A stretch of DNA of 64,000 nucleotides from Thermoproteota archaeon (GCA_049700215.1 JBNAVT010000005.1:26542-90541), one strand, 5' to 3'; positions 18,718-28,959 are shown, counted from the first letter of the stretch. Translations and numbers: made by a program. The notes: generated by a model from the sequence alone, not told the origin.

Positions 18718-20082
18718 TCAAGCCATACTGTTGGAACCTGTTCTCCTCAGGTTATTAAGGTTAATCTTAGCTAGTTTACCGTAGTATTCCCTGTCGAATC
18801 TTTCCAATTCACCTAGTGTTTTAGACCATGCTTGCGCCGTTCGCCATATCCGAACATGGTTTCTAAGGGCTGCATCAATATCATCAGAGGTGGGAACAAC
18901 ATTATGATATCCGGGTAATCCCATTGAACCATAGTAACACCAGAGGCCTACAGCATTATGAATCTGATAACCGCTGACCGTGTAGCGAAGGAATTCTTCA
19001 CGCTCCAAACCTTCGCGTCCAGCTTCCCCTCTCAACACATAGTCTGCATAAGCATGGACAAACGGCAAGTATACGCGGCAGGTGCCGAATGGCTCAGTGC
19101 TTGAATGCAGATAGAGTAGCCGGTCGCCAAGGATGGATCGAGCTCTTCGAATCAAGTAATATCCTGGGCGGAAATCCTTCCTGTGGCCACACCATCCGTC
19201 GAAGTAAAGACCATCTACCCTATACTCCTTCAAAATCCTTCTCATCTCCGAGAACAAGTCTGGAGCGTTCGAGTAATACGGGCTGAAATAAACTAGAAAC
19301 TTCATACCGTTTCTCCGGGCTTCCTCCCTGACTCTTGCAAACTCCGTCGGATCCGCTGGCACAGGATGATCGGTTTCCCACGGCTTAGGATGCTTGTAAT
19401 CCGAGCCAGGTGGATCCTCAGCCCATTCAGGAGCATCAGCAGCCCAGCCCTCATGTATAGTGAACACTCTGCAATATTTCGCGTCGCTTCTAATAATCTC
19501 GTCAGAAGGATATGGCTCCTCCAAGGTTCCTTCATGAGCCAATGATTCCGAAAGCTTTTTCAAATCGATTTCTCTGGGTGGGCATATTGAGACCCAGAGT
19601 TCATCCCACCTGGCTAAATGCGTCTGCACCATCCACGACTCAGATCCTAGACCTGTTGCCTCTGTCTTCCGTGTCGGAATGCTGAAAAAACCGCATCCAC
19701 CTAAGGAGTCTAAAAGGAGTCTATTACCGTTAATTTCTTGGGCGTAGTATGGGGGAAAATGACCTTCAAAAGTAAGCTTAAGATGCTGCTTTGGAGAAAA
19801 TATGATTAAAGAATCACCCTGTACAGTCAGCTCGAGGCCCTTTCCTTCGAAAGTACATCTGAACTTGGTTTTTCTGGAGACCCTCCATGGAGACAGGTGA
19901 TCCGGCAGCTTACAGCTTAACACCCTGCGTTCAACACCGATACGTTGCTCAACTTTAAGCCGGCCCCCATCCTCCAGCGTTAGACGCATTCCTGGAGTTA
20001 ATACTTCAAACCCTCCACAGGTACTTTGTACACTCTGAATACTCATCCCCATAAGAACCTCGTCCCCCGCATCGAAATCCAT
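18718..20082 (-). CDS. hypothetical protein, putative TIM-barrel glycoside-hydrolase-like domain
   Basis: 454 aa. ...FLVYFSPYYS...YRVDGLYFDGW... resembles glycosyl-hydrolase-like TIM-barrel families. No confident assignment. Confidence 0.45.
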   Translation of the reverse strand: MDFDAGDEVLMGMSIQSVQSTCGGFEVLTPGMRLTLEDGGRLKVEQRIGVERRVLSCKLPDHLSPWRVSRKTKFRCTFEGKGLELTVQGDSLIIFSPKQHLKLTFEGHFPPYYAQEINGNRLLLDSLGGCGFFSIPTRKTEATGLGSESWMVQTHLARWDELWVSICPPREIDLKKLSESLAHEGTLEEPYPSDEIIRSDAKYCRVFTIHEGWAADAPEWAEDPPGSDYKHPKPWETDHPVPADPTEFARVREEARRNGMKFLVYFSPYYSNAPDLFSEMRRILKEYRVDGLYFDGWCGHRKDFRPGYYLIRRARSILGDRLLYLHSSTEPFGTCRVYLPFVHAYADYVLRGEAGREGLEREEFLRYTVSGYQIHNAVGLWCYYGSMGLPGYHNVVPTSDDIDAALRNHVRIWRTAQAWSKTLGELERFDREYYGKLAKINLNNLRRTGSNSMA

Positions 20083-20221
20083 GACTGTTTTCCTCGCAGT
20101 CTTTAATTAAAGGTTGCTCACGGCAAACATGCAACGGCTTCTGACGGAAGCCTTCGCACGGGTTGAAGCAGACCCTCATGCTTCAACAGTGCGTCAAGTG
20201 TTTTAATCGTCTCCCGGCTAC

Positions 20222-21469
20222 TCAGGCTCCAGGCAACCCTTTCTCCATCTTCTGCTCAAGCTCATCCCAGAGATACGTGATTTTTCCACGCTTGCCGAGG
20301 GCTACTTCAATAGCTTGCCGTATATCCGGGTCGTAGGCTGGACAATAGTCGACGAAGACCCCTTTGTCCCTGTAATCTTGAAGACACCTGCCTATGATAA
20401 CGTTTATCCTGCCCTCTACGGGTTTAGCACCCCTGCCGATAACAATCGCCATCTTAGGTCCTTTCGCAATCTCCCTCACGCCAATCTTTTTTATCGCAAT
20501 GGATAGCTTTTTCTCGCAGCCTGAGCAAACATCCCCCTGGACTAGCTTAACGTTCCTAGCCTGTTTAAGAAGCCTTGCGGGTTTCGCGAGCGGCATCACA
20601 AATATTTTTCTCGCGGCTTTTCCGTCTTTAACAAGCTGGTCGAGAGTTGTTCCAACAAGCTCTATTTTCTTCGGATCTATCTCTCCCAAGCCGAGTTCGT
20701 GGGCATATCGAATATGCTCGATACTCGTCGGGTTGAAACCCATTCTGAGGCAGGCTATGGCGTCTGTGGCAACAGGGTCATCACCAGCTATTATAAGCCC
20801 CAGTGGGAAAGCATCGCTGTATCCGACGCCTATTAAACCCTCTATAATAGTTAGCCTCACGCGTAGAATTCTGTTTAGTTCAGCAAGAGTCCAATTCAGG
20901 CTGTTTAGGTGGCCGAGCCGTCGCTGCGTAGGCCCTATGACACCCCACATGTTTTTCAATCCCAGTGTAACGTTGCACAGCCCATGATGCTTCATGACTG
21001 GAAGGCTTATGATAAGATCAGCCTCCATGACTGTCTTAGCAACCCTTAGCGTAGGACAGCCTCTCGCATTCGGGACCTCTACTGTTACCTGCTCGTCCCT
21101 ACGGAAGTCGACGAACCTGGCTCCAGCTTTCTCAACAACCTCTCTTATCCGCATCTTCTCGAAAACCTCACTAGACCTTGTTCCGACTAGAGGGTTCTCG
21201 CCGACGATAACGTCGCACCCAATATCCCTGAATATTTTCGAAACCGCGTATATTACTCGTGGGTCAGTGGCTTCAACATCCGTTACGTTCAGAATATTCG
21301 GCTTCACAACCACCTTGTCACCCTGCTTCGCGAAGGACTCCGGGCCGCCGAGCAGCTCTATGCTGCGCTTGACGCCGTTGAAAACATCCTCGTCGAAGCA
21401 TTTTCGCGGAACCTTTACAACAGAGACTTTCGCCAAGGTCAGCACCCTGCTGGACATAGGCTTCGCCAA
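20222..21469 (-). CDS. DUF362 domain protein with C-terminal Cys-containing extension
   Basis: ...GDKVVVKPNILNVTDVEATDPRVIYAVSKIF...VIVGENP...SLPVMKHHGLCNVTLGLKNMWGVI... is the DUF362 core. The C-terminal approx. 150 aa contains CSGCE. Confidence 0.75.
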   Translation of the reverse strand: MAKPMSSRVLTLAKVSVVKVPRKCFDEDVFNGVKRSIELLGGPESFAKQGDKVVVKPNILNVTDVEATDPRVIYAVSKIFRDIGCDVIVGENPLVGTRSSEVFEKMRIREVVEKAGARFVDFRRDEQVTVEVPNARGCPTLRVAKTVMEADLIISLPVMKHHGLCNVTLGLKNMWGVIGPTQRRLGHLNSLNWTLAELNRILRVRLTIIEGLIGVGYSDAFPLGLIIAGDDPVATDAIACLRMGFNPTSIEHIRYAHELGLGEIDPKKIELVGTTLDQLVKDGKAARKIFVMPLAKPARLLKQARNVKLVQGDVCSGCEKKLSIAIKKIGVREIAKGPKMAIVIGRGAKPVEGRINVIIGRCLQDYRDKGVFVDYCPAYDPDIRQAIEVALGKRGKITYLWDELEQKMEKGLPGA

Positions 21470-22088
21470 GCTTATTTAAAGATTCATCGCTGTTTCGAGT
21501 AAGCCTTAATACTGAATGGGCTCCCTTCTGATTAAATGTCGTCGGGGAAGCTTGATGTCTGGAGGCTGATGAGTGAGAGTTTTGACGAGAAACTTCCTAG
21601 GCGCACCGCCATCCTTGTGAAGGAGGATGATTTTTCCCTTTCATTTGCATACCCTTCTGAATTCGGCGCTATCGGATGGCTCGCTGGATACTAGGATAGG
21701 TGTGGAAGGCTTTTCCCGTTTGCATACGGGCTGGTTGATTCGGAGAAGGCTCGACAAGCTAGGAAGAATTTTCTCAGGCTGATCGGCGACTACGGGTTTT
21801 TACTCTTGCTCCTGGTCAGCCTGGTTTTGAGGAAGGAGTTTACTGGAGGGATCCAGCATGGGCGAAATCATGCTCTCTAGCAATGGCTGCAGCGTTCAAC
21901 TACTATCCTGATCTCTTAAAGGCGGTGAGAGATTCGATACTAAGGTTTCTTCTGAAGTATCCGAGCATCTGGGAGTGCATGAGTGCTGCAAAAGGAAATA
22001 CTGCTCGTGGGGGTGTTGGAATAATTGCTACGCCTGCCGTCTCTTCGAACGTGGGGGCCGGTGAAGCCATAGTCGCTCTTCTAACATA

Positions 22089-22892
22089 CTACGGGAAGAA
22101 CATGTTTTCAATAGAGCCTAAACGAGGTTCTCTTTGATCTAAGCCTAGGAGGCTGCACGCATTCCCCCATAGTATTTTCTCAACAGTTTCCTCCGGCTTC
22201 TTAATAAGCTTGGTTTTTAAGATGGCACTTTGCAAGTATTTCAATGGAAACCCGGATCCGAAAACCACCCTGGAATCACCAACCTGTTCAATCAACCTGT
22301 CAATCTCACCGAAAGCAGCATCCATCCTGGATATTTCGAAATACACGTTGGAATAATTGGTTAACGGGGAGTCGACGATCCCCCTTGCTTCTAGAACCAC
22401 TATCTTCGCTTCCGGAGATTTCTCCACAAGCTGTTTCAACTCGTCTAGACTGATATCTCTCGCCGAATCCATCCAGTGCCGTCCCCTACCGTCTCTAAGC
22501 CTAACCGGTATTGAGATGACAAGATTCTTCTCGGAGGCTTTTTTAACAAGCCTTAAACAATCTTCATCCGTTAACGAATAGTTATGGTACTGCGGGTATA
22601 GCCTCAACCCTCTGAAACCGTGGCTGATGCATTCCTCTAAGTCACTCTCCCAACTCGGGTATTTTGGGTTGAGAACAGCGAGCGGAACAAATCTTTCACC
22701 GTATTGTTCAACTTCCTCTAAGAGTTCACAATTCCCGTCGTGTGAATCCATGTAGAGCACAGAGTTGAGAGACGAGACTACTGCAATGTTTATCCTGTTC
22801 TTATCCATCCACCTTAGGGCTTCAAACGCTGTTCTAGCGCAAGGCCTTCTGAATGGCCACTGTCCTAGGTACATGTTGAAATCTATAATCAT
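22089..22892 (-). CDS. amidohydrolase-2 family (PF04909) metal-dependent hydrolase
   Basis: MIIDFNMYLGQWPF... opening is typical of Amidohydro_2. TIM-barrel size. Start overlaps the stop of the upstream paralog (ATGA). Confidence 0.75.
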   Translation of the reverse strand: MIIDFNMYLGQWPFRRPCARTAFEALRWMDKNRINIAVVSSLNSVLYMDSHDGNCELLEEVEQYGERFVPLAVLNPKYPSWESDLEECISHGFRGLRLYPQYHNYSLTDEDCLRLVKKASEKNLVISIPVRLRDGRGRHWMDSARDISLDELKQLVEKSPEAKIVVLEARGIVDSPLTNYSNVYFEISRMDAAFGEIDRLIEQVGDSRVVFGSGFPLKYLQSAILKTKLIKKPEETVEKILWGNACSLLGLDQREPRLGSIENMFFP

Positions 22893-23659
22893 CTGAACCT
22901 TGCCTCCAGGATCCGCCGCATGTTTTCCCCAAATATGAGGCTCCTGTCATGCTCACTTATTTCGGCGTCCATTATTTTACCGACTCCTTCCTCCATGCTT
23001 AAATCAGTGCCGAACAATAGTCTTTCTGCACCCAGGAGTTTAACTGCTTTCTCTATCATTCCACAATCTATTACACTGCCGCTCGTGTCAACGTAAACGC
23101 TACGAGTGTTTCTCAAAATCTTCAAAGCCCACTCCCAGTCTCCTCCCCCACCAAGATGAGCCTCTATTATCATTGCTTCCGGAAATAGAGAGGCCAAGTA
23201 TGAGATGTCGCGGGCATTGGAAATATTCGGCTGCCTAGCGGCTTCAGTAGGATCTGTAAGGTACCCTGCATGCTGTAGGATTGGAACCTTAAGCTCTACA
23301 GCCTTCTTAACAACCGGGAAAACAACCGGATCGGAACATTTATACTGGTTGTATAGTTTTACACCGATCAACCCGTCTTCAAGAACCCTCTTCTCAACCT
23401 CTTCAACGGATTCGTGTTGATAACCGGGGTTAACGAAACAGTAGCCGAGAATCTTATCAGGATATTCCTTTATCGCCTTAACCACCTCGTCATTACAGGT
23501 TTTAAACTCGCTGGGTGTAGGCATGCCTTCAACAAAGGGTATTGAGCAGCACAGTTTATCAATACCCAGTTTATCAGCAGCCTCTACGAGATTTTTCAAC
23601 GTTACTCCCCATTTAAAGAACCTGCCGCTAATGTGGGAATGACAATCTATCTTCAACAT
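22889..23659 (-). CDS. amidohydrolase-2 family (PF04909) metal-dependent hydrolase
   Basis: MLKIDCHSHISG..., ...VDTSGS..., EAHLGGG. Second paralog, tandem with 22089-22892. Confidence 0.75.
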   Translation of the reverse strand: MLKIDCHSHISGRFFKWGVTLKNLVEAADKLGIDKLCCSIPFVEGMPTPSEFKTCNDEVVKAIKEYPDKILGYCFVNPGYQHESVEEVEKRVLEDGLIGVKLYNQYKCSDPVVFPVVKKAVELKVPILQHAGYLTDPTEAARQPNISNARDISYLASLFPEAMIIEAHLGGGGDWEWALKILRNTRSVYVDTSGSVIDCGMIEKAVKLLGAERLLFGTDLSMEEGVGKIMDAEISEHDRSLIFGENMRRILEARFR

Positions 23660-23756
23660 TTAGCCCGCTTACTCTCTGCTTAATGGGTTTAAAAAAATTT
23701 AGCGTGTTTTCGCCAGCCGGGAAAAACATTTATGCTCGACAACTGTTTGAAGAAGC

Positions 23757-25946
23757 ATGGTTTCCTCAAATGAGGAAAAGGAGGATCATGATCTAATTCT
23801 AAGCAACAGTAAGGTTAAGGTGGTGTTCAACCCTGAAAGCGGGGGGATAAGACAGATCTTGAACAAAACGGTTTCAACTACATATCTGAAACATTCCACC
23901 GACCAGCTGGTTTACATTTGGCTCCTCCAGAGGGGAAAGAAATCCCCAGTCTACGCGAATGACGACGAGCCGTTTAGAGTTGTTTCATCGGGACCTGAGA
24001 CCCTGAGGGGAATCCGTTTAAGCAAGGATGGTTCATGTTCTTTCGTAGAGGTTCTCCATAGGATTGAGTCAGTGGATGTTAAATGCAGGTTTATGCTTGA
24101 AGGCGAAAGTCAGCTTCTGAGCTGTGATGTTGAAGTGGACAATACTCTCAATCCAGACTGCTCAGAGGATGTTGTTGGAGTAGGCTTTCCACAGTTGAAA
24201 GGAATATGCATAGGTGATACTAGTGAAGACGATATACTGGTTAGGCCAAATCGTTTCGGAGAGAAAATCAAGAATCCTGTCGGGAAATGTGGGACCTACC
24301 ATAGAACGTTGCTTTACGGCGGCTTTGCTTCAATGATGTGGATGGATATTTACGATGAGAAAGCGGGTCTCTATATTGCTAGTTATGATAAGGAGCTGAT
24401 ACTTACTGCTTTAGAGTCAATACCTGACTGCTTCAGGGGAGCGATGAACCTCGGCATGAGGAAGTACGCATACGTTCCTGCTGGAAGCTCTTGGAGGTCA
24501 AGCCCGTTTGTAATCGGGGTGCATGAAGGAGATTGGCACTGGGCTGCTGACAGATATAGGGAATGGGCTGAGTCTTGGATGGTGAAGCCCAATATTCCTG
24601 AAAAGCTGAAATGGAGCGACGGATGGTATGGTGTGCATTTTAAGGTTGGGGGAGAGATAAAGTTCAGATTCAAGGATATTGAAGACCTTTTCGAGGATGC
24701 TCAGTATCTTGGTCTAAACCATGTTCAGCTATGGGGCCAGATGGTTGGAGACGGATGTTGCTACAGGTTCTACTATCCTGATCCGAGGCTGGGGACTATT
24801 GAAGAGCTTAAGAAAGCAATATCCTCAGTTAAAAGTAAAGGCGGTAGAGTAGGCTTCTACTTCAACATTCAAGCATTCTCGCCGTTTGTAAAAGAATACC
24901 TTTCTGCGAGAGGCATCAGGATTCCCGAATCCGAGAAGATCCCGGACTGGATGGGCGAGTTCAGGAATTACGCTCAAACTAACTTCGACGGGTCGGCGAC
25001 CGTGCAGTACCCTGGAAGAGAGTTTGAAAACGATGGTTTCAGGATAATGTGCACGTATTCTGAGGGATGGCAGAAATACTTGGTTCACTGGGTTGTGGAA
25101 AAATACTTGAAAGGATATGGTGCAGACTTCGCCTATATAGATCAAACTTTTTCCCCGCCGGTTTCCTACTGTTTCAACTTTACGCATGGTCATAAGCATC
25201 ATGGTTGTTCAGCCCAAGGAAGAGTTAAAACGATACGGAGGCTCTTAGAGGAGGGTCGGAAGCTTAACCAAGAATTCGCCCTGTGCATCGAGGGAAACGG
25301 GGATTCCGTGGGACAATATTGCAGCCTCCATCTGTATACTAGTTTCTCAAGCCAGACTATGCATCCTGCTCCGGAAGTTTTTGCATACACTTTCCCAGAC
25401 TATATTATAATCGACGGCTTCGCTAACCCTCCTGTCGAATGGATAGGCAGATGCTACTACCCGGATATGGATAGTGAAGCAGGCTTGGAAGACCTTGTTA
25501 ACAGGGTCTACCTGCTCGGGTTCAGGTTTGACGTTACACCGCTTCCACTAGGGTCGAGGATTAAGAAGGATGAACCATTAACTGAGCACATAAGAAGACT
25601 GATAGCTCTCAGAAAGAGGGTGAAACAACTACAGTATGATTCAAGATTCATGGATGACCTAGGCTTGAAGTGCGACTCTGAGAAAGTTGTTGCAAAAGCT
25701 TTTAAGGGTTTAAACGGGAGAAAGGTTTTGATCAACCTGATCGACTACAGGTCTGAGAAAAGCAGGTTTCTGATCGAGGTTGATGCTGTTCCCTATGATC
25801 TTGCGGGCGAGGTGGCATGTAGACTCTACGGGGTTGATGGTCAGGAGGCTGGGCTCAAGGCTAAGTGGAATCGTGGGAAGCTGCTAGTTGAAATCCCGCC
25901 TTTCAGGGGTAAGGTTGCAAGCATTATTATTGAAAGCCTTCAATAA
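23757..25946 (+). CDS. hypothetical 729-aa protein, possibly glycoside-hydrolase-like
   Basis: Long ORF with good codon usage. Internal block ...HVQLWGQMVGDGCCYRFYYPDPRLGTIEELKKAI...GGRVGFYFNIQAF reminiscent of TIM-barrel GH catalytic regions. No signal peptide. Confidence 0.55.
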   Translation: MVSSNEEKEDHDLILSNSKVKVVFNPESGGIRQILNKTVSTTYLKHSTDQLVYIWLLQRGKKSPVYANDDEPFRVVSSGPETLRGIRLSKDGSCSFVEVLHRIESVDVKCRFMLEGESQLLSCDVEVDNTLNPDCSEDVVGVGFPQLKGICIGDTSEDDILVRPNRFGEKIKNPVGKCGTYHRTLLYGGFASMMWMDIYDEKAGLYIASYDKELILTALESIPDCFRGAMNLGMRKYAYVPAGSSWRSSPFVIGVHEGDWHWAADRYREWAESWMVKPNIPEKLKWSDGWYGVHFKVGGEIKFRFKDIEDLFEDAQYLGLNHVQLWGQMVGDGCCYRFYYPDPRLGTIEELKKAISSVKSKGGRVGFYFNIQAFSPFVKEYLSARGIRIPESEKIPDWMGEFRNYAQTNFDGSATVQYPGREFENDGFRIMCTYSEGWQKYLVHWVVEKYLKGYGADFAYIDQTFSPPVSYCFNFTHGHKHHGCSAQGRVKTIRRLLEEGRKLNQEFALCIEGNGDSVGQYCSLHLYTSFSSQTMHPAPEVFAYTFPDYIIIDGFANPPVEWIGRCYYPDMDSEAGLEDLVNRVYLLGFRFDVTPLPLGSRIKKDEPLTEHIRRLIALRKRVKQLQYDSRFMDDLGLKCDSEKVVAKAFKGLNGRKVLINLIDYRSEKSRFLIEVDAVPYDLAGEVACRLYGVDGQEAGLKAKWNRGKLLVEIPPFRGKVASIIIESLQ

Positions 25947-25970
25947 TCATCAAGCAGATTAGTATTTTGC

Positions 25971-27404
25971 TTAAACATGTTCGCTTACCCTCTGTATGCC
26001 AAGATGGTTTGCAACATTTCTTATAGCATCATCCATGTTAATGTACTTGAACTCGGCGAATCTTCCAATCGGCTCAACACCAATCCTGCTGAAGAATCCT
26101 ATTATTCTCTCCGCACACTCCTCGTAGTGTGAATCCAGAATGGGGTATGCATACCTGTTTTTGAAGACATTTCTATAGATAACCTTGTCCTTAGAAAGTA
26201 TTTTAAGCCTATCCAGTTCCTCAACCACCATGTTTGCAATCTCCTCGCTGCTCATCCTTAGGAGAGGGTCGTCAGGCTTAACAGTTATCTCTGCGAGTAT
26301 GGATGACTTGCCTCTAGGAGCGTTTTCCGGACTGAAGTTAGAGGGGAAGCTTACCCTATGCGGGTGAATATCCCTATCCGGAATATACAGCCAGCTTAAA
26401 CCTTTGACGTTAAGCTCCTCCAGCCCTATTGCAACCGTGACCAGAGAGTTAAACCTAAGCTTCTCAACGTCATTCTTCACATCTTGGGATGCGTCAAATA
26501 CTCTGACAGCATCATGCAAAGGCATTGTTGAGACAATCCTGTCAAAGACTTTCTCCACAGAACCGTTTGAAACAACCCATTCGCCGGATTCTTTTCTAGC
26601 ATGCTTGACTTCGAAGCCTGTTAACACTTCGCCCAGCATCTTAGCCCATAAAGAGTTTACGAGCGCCTGAATCCCTCCCTTCCTAGGGTAGTGGAAGAAA
26701 AGCTGGTGGACATATCCTTCAGAGCCTATTCCTAGAGAAGCCTTAACAACGTCAATCACTCTCGGATTGGGAATCCTGCCGACGAAACCAAGAGACATGT
26801 CTTCAATACTCATCTTCCAAATCTTCTCATTATAGGGGATCAAGTATTTCTCTGAAATAGCGCTTCCAAGAGAACTATAGAAGAACTCTCTGAGGTTCCT
26901 TGGCTCACGCTTTCTCCCTATTCTAGCGTAGAGGAAATGGAGCAGACATGAAAAGTTCTCCAGCAACGGCAGGCTGGACAAGCCGTTTTCAAAAGGGTAT
27001 TTCACAAGCCTACCTTTATAAAGGATCGCGGTATTCCTCCTGTTCCCAACACTATTATTCTCTAAAAGGCTGAGCATGAAGCTCAGGACATCAGCATCCT
27101 TAGAGAAAATCACATGGGAACCGCCAACGTCGAAAGTGAACCCTTCTTCAACAATACTCCTCATCAAACCCCCGGGAACATGGTCTTTTTCAAGAACCGT
27201 TACGTTGAAACCCATCCTGGAGGAAAAATAAGCATAAGCCATCCCGGAGAGTCCGCCGCCTAGAACACCAATTCTCGCGCCTCCATGTTTCACAGTCCTA
27301 AAGATCATCTCCTCCATTCCACAATGCTTGTTAAACGTAGTAGCCTGAGTGAAGCTCCCTACGCTGGCTCGGCTGAGGCGGGTACTGATCCTTGATCTCT
27401 CCAA
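25971..27404 (-). CDS. FAD/NAD(P)-binding oxidoreductase (amine-oxidase/UDP-galactopyranose-mutase-like); real start probably Met at approx. 27317
   Basis: Rossmann motif RIGVLGGGLSGMAYAYF begins about 35 aa into the ORF. Using the internal Met (MEEMIFRTVKHGG) removes the 74-nt overlap with the upstream DUF3467 gene. Confidence 0.7.
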   Translation of the reverse strand: MERSRISTRLSRASVGSFTQATTFNKHCGMEEMIFRTVKHGGARIGVLGGGLSGMAYAYFSSRMGFNVTVLEKDHVPGGLMRSIVEEGFTFDVGGSHVIFSKDADVLSFMLSLLENNSVGNRRNTAILYKGRLVKYPFENGLSSLPLLENFSCLLHFLYARIGRKREPRNLREFFYSSLGSAISEKYLIPYNEKIWKMSIEDMSLGFVGRIPNPRVIDVVKASLGIGSEGYVHQLFFHYPRKGGIQALVNSLWAKMLGEVLTGFEVKHARKESGEWVVSNGSVEKVFDRIVSTMPLHDAVRVFDASQDVKNDVEKLRFNSLVTVAIGLEELNVKGLSWLYIPDRDIHPHRVSFPSNFSPENAPRGKSSILAEITVKPDDPLLRMSSEEIANMVVEELDRLKILSKDKVIYRNVFKNRYAYPILDSHYEECAERIIGFFSRIGVEPIGRFAEFKYINMDDAIRNVANHLGIQRVSEHV

Positions 27405-27663
27405 TCATCTTCTCAAGCTCCGCTACGTGTTGGTTCAACCATTTAGTAAGCTGCTTTAATGCGACTGGCGTAAGGATTACTTCAACCTTGATCTCCCTAC
27501 TGACGGTGGGAGGCTGGGTCGGCTCCTCAGGATGATTCACAACATCGTTGAAGAAGGCGATTCTGAAATCAAATCCGTTGAAGCCTCCTATCGCGCCCGT
27601 AGCATATATTCTTACAAAGTCCTCGGCATACTTGATCTTAACCGGTATTCTTATTTCGGCCAT
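27331..27663 (-). CDS. DUF3467 family small protein
   Basis: MAEIRIPVKIKYAEDFVRIYATGAIGGFNGFDFRIAFFND... The family assignment is from memory. Confidence 0.55.
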   Translation of the reverse strand: MAEIRIPVKIKYAEDFVRIYATGAIGGFNGFDFRIAFFNDVVNHPEEPTQPPTVSREIKVEVILTPVALKQLTKWLNQHVAELEKMIGEIKDQYPPQPSQRRELHSGYYV

Positions 27664-27807
27664 ACTAACCGTTTTCCCATTCCGAGCCGCTCTTAATAAG
27701 AATTTGCTAAAAAGTTTTCCCCAAATTCCTGATGTTTATCGCGTAGAATGGACAGGGCTTCCATAATGCTTAAATTAGAGAACTCTGAATACTAAAAACG
27801 ATGTAAA

Positions 27808-28959
27808 ATGAGTGCACCTCGCAAAATAGGGGTTGCATTACTGGGTTATGCGTTTATGGGTAAGGCGCATTCTCATGGTTTCAAAAGCATGCCTCACTTC
27901 TTCTATCCTCCGCCAGCAATACCCGAGCTGGTCGTGATATACGGTAGGACTGGGGAAAAGGTTAGGGAGGCTGCGGCGAACTATGGGTTTAAGAAATACG
28001 TTACTGACTGGAGGAAGGCTGTTGAAGACCCTGAAGTAGAGGTGGTTGACAACTGTCTTCCGAACAACATGCATGTGGAGCCAACGGTTGAGGCTATCGA
28101 GAAGGGTAAGCACGTTTTGTGTGAAAAGCCTCTCGCGAGGAATAGTGAGGAGGCGAGGATTCTAAGGGATGCTGCTAACAAGGCTAGGGTTAAAACAATG
28201 GTTGCTTTCAACTATAGGTTTGTCCCGGCGGTTCAGCTTGCTAGGCACATAGTTAAATCAGGCATGCTTGGGAGAATATATCACTTCAGGGCGAGGTATC
28301 TGCAGGACTGGATTGTTGACCCAAACTTCCCGTTGGCTTGGAGGCTTAGGAGTGAAGTAGCCGGGAGCGGTCCCCTAGGCGACCTTGGGAGCCACATAAT
28401 AGACCTTGGAAGGTTTATTGTTGGAGAATTTAAGTCAGTAATAGGCATTGTTAAGACGTTCATCGAAGAGAGGCCGCTTCCCGAGGACCCGAGTAGGAAG
28501 GGCAGGGTAACGGTTGACGATGCCTTCGAGGCTGTTATAGAGCTTGATAATGGGGCAATAGGCACGCTTGAGGCATCTAGGTTTGCAACTGGCAGGAAGA
28601 ACTATAACAACTTCGAGATTAATGGGGAGAAGGGTTCCATAGAGTTCAACCTGGAGCGGCTGAACGAGTTGAAACTATACCTGAAAGAATGGGAGGATAA
28701 GGCGATAGGCGGCTGGAACACTATTCTGGTTACTGAGAAGACTCAGCCCTACATAGAAAGATACTGGCCATCAGGCCATATCATAGGATGGGAGCACACC
28801 TTCGTAAACGAAATATACCACTTCATCAAGTCGGTGGTTAAAGATGAAGATATTGCTCCTCTTGGAGCGACTTTCGAAGACGGTTATAGGAACAACGTGA
28901 TCATGGACGCCATATTGAAGTCGGCTGAAGCAGGTAGAAAGATAGAAGTCTCGTTCTAA
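27808..28959 (+). CDS. Gfo/Idh/MocA family oxidoreductase
   Basis: RKIGVALLGYAFMGKAHSHG...VLCEKPLARNSEEA...MVAFNYRF... Full two-domain architecture. Confidence 0.85.
   Translation: MSAPRKIGVALLGYAFMGKAHSHGFKSMPHFFYPPPAIPELVVIYGRTGEKVREAAANYGFKKYVTDWRKAVEDPEVEVVDNCLPNNMHVEPTVEAIEKGKHVLCEKPLARNSEEARILRDAANKARVKTMVAFNYRFVPAVQLARHIVKSGMLGRIYHFRARYLQDWIVDPNFPLAWRLRSEVAGSGPLGDLGSHIIDLGRFIVGEFKSVIGIVKTFIEERPLPEDPSRKGRVTVDDAFEAVIELDNGAIGTLEASRFATGRKNYNNFEINGEKGSIEFNLERLNELKLYLKEWEDKAIGGWNTILVTEKTQPYIERYWPSGHIIGWEHTFVNEIYHFIKSVVKDEDIAPLGATFEDGYRNNVIMDAILKSAEAGRKIEVSF

Noticed and set aside
20394-21479. Two long plus-strand ORFs (197 aa and 161 aa) antisense to the DUF362 gene
   Set aside because: They are Ser/Pro/Thr-rich, low-complexity translations with no motifs. 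They are the complement of a well-supported minus-strand CDS, i.e. shadow ORFs.
21691-21693. In-frame TAG considered as a possible pyrrolysine/readthrough codon
   Set aside because: There is no Pyl biosynthesis or tRNA(Pyl) context here, and such machinery is not expected in this lineage. Frame changes nearby make a pseudogene the simpler explanation.
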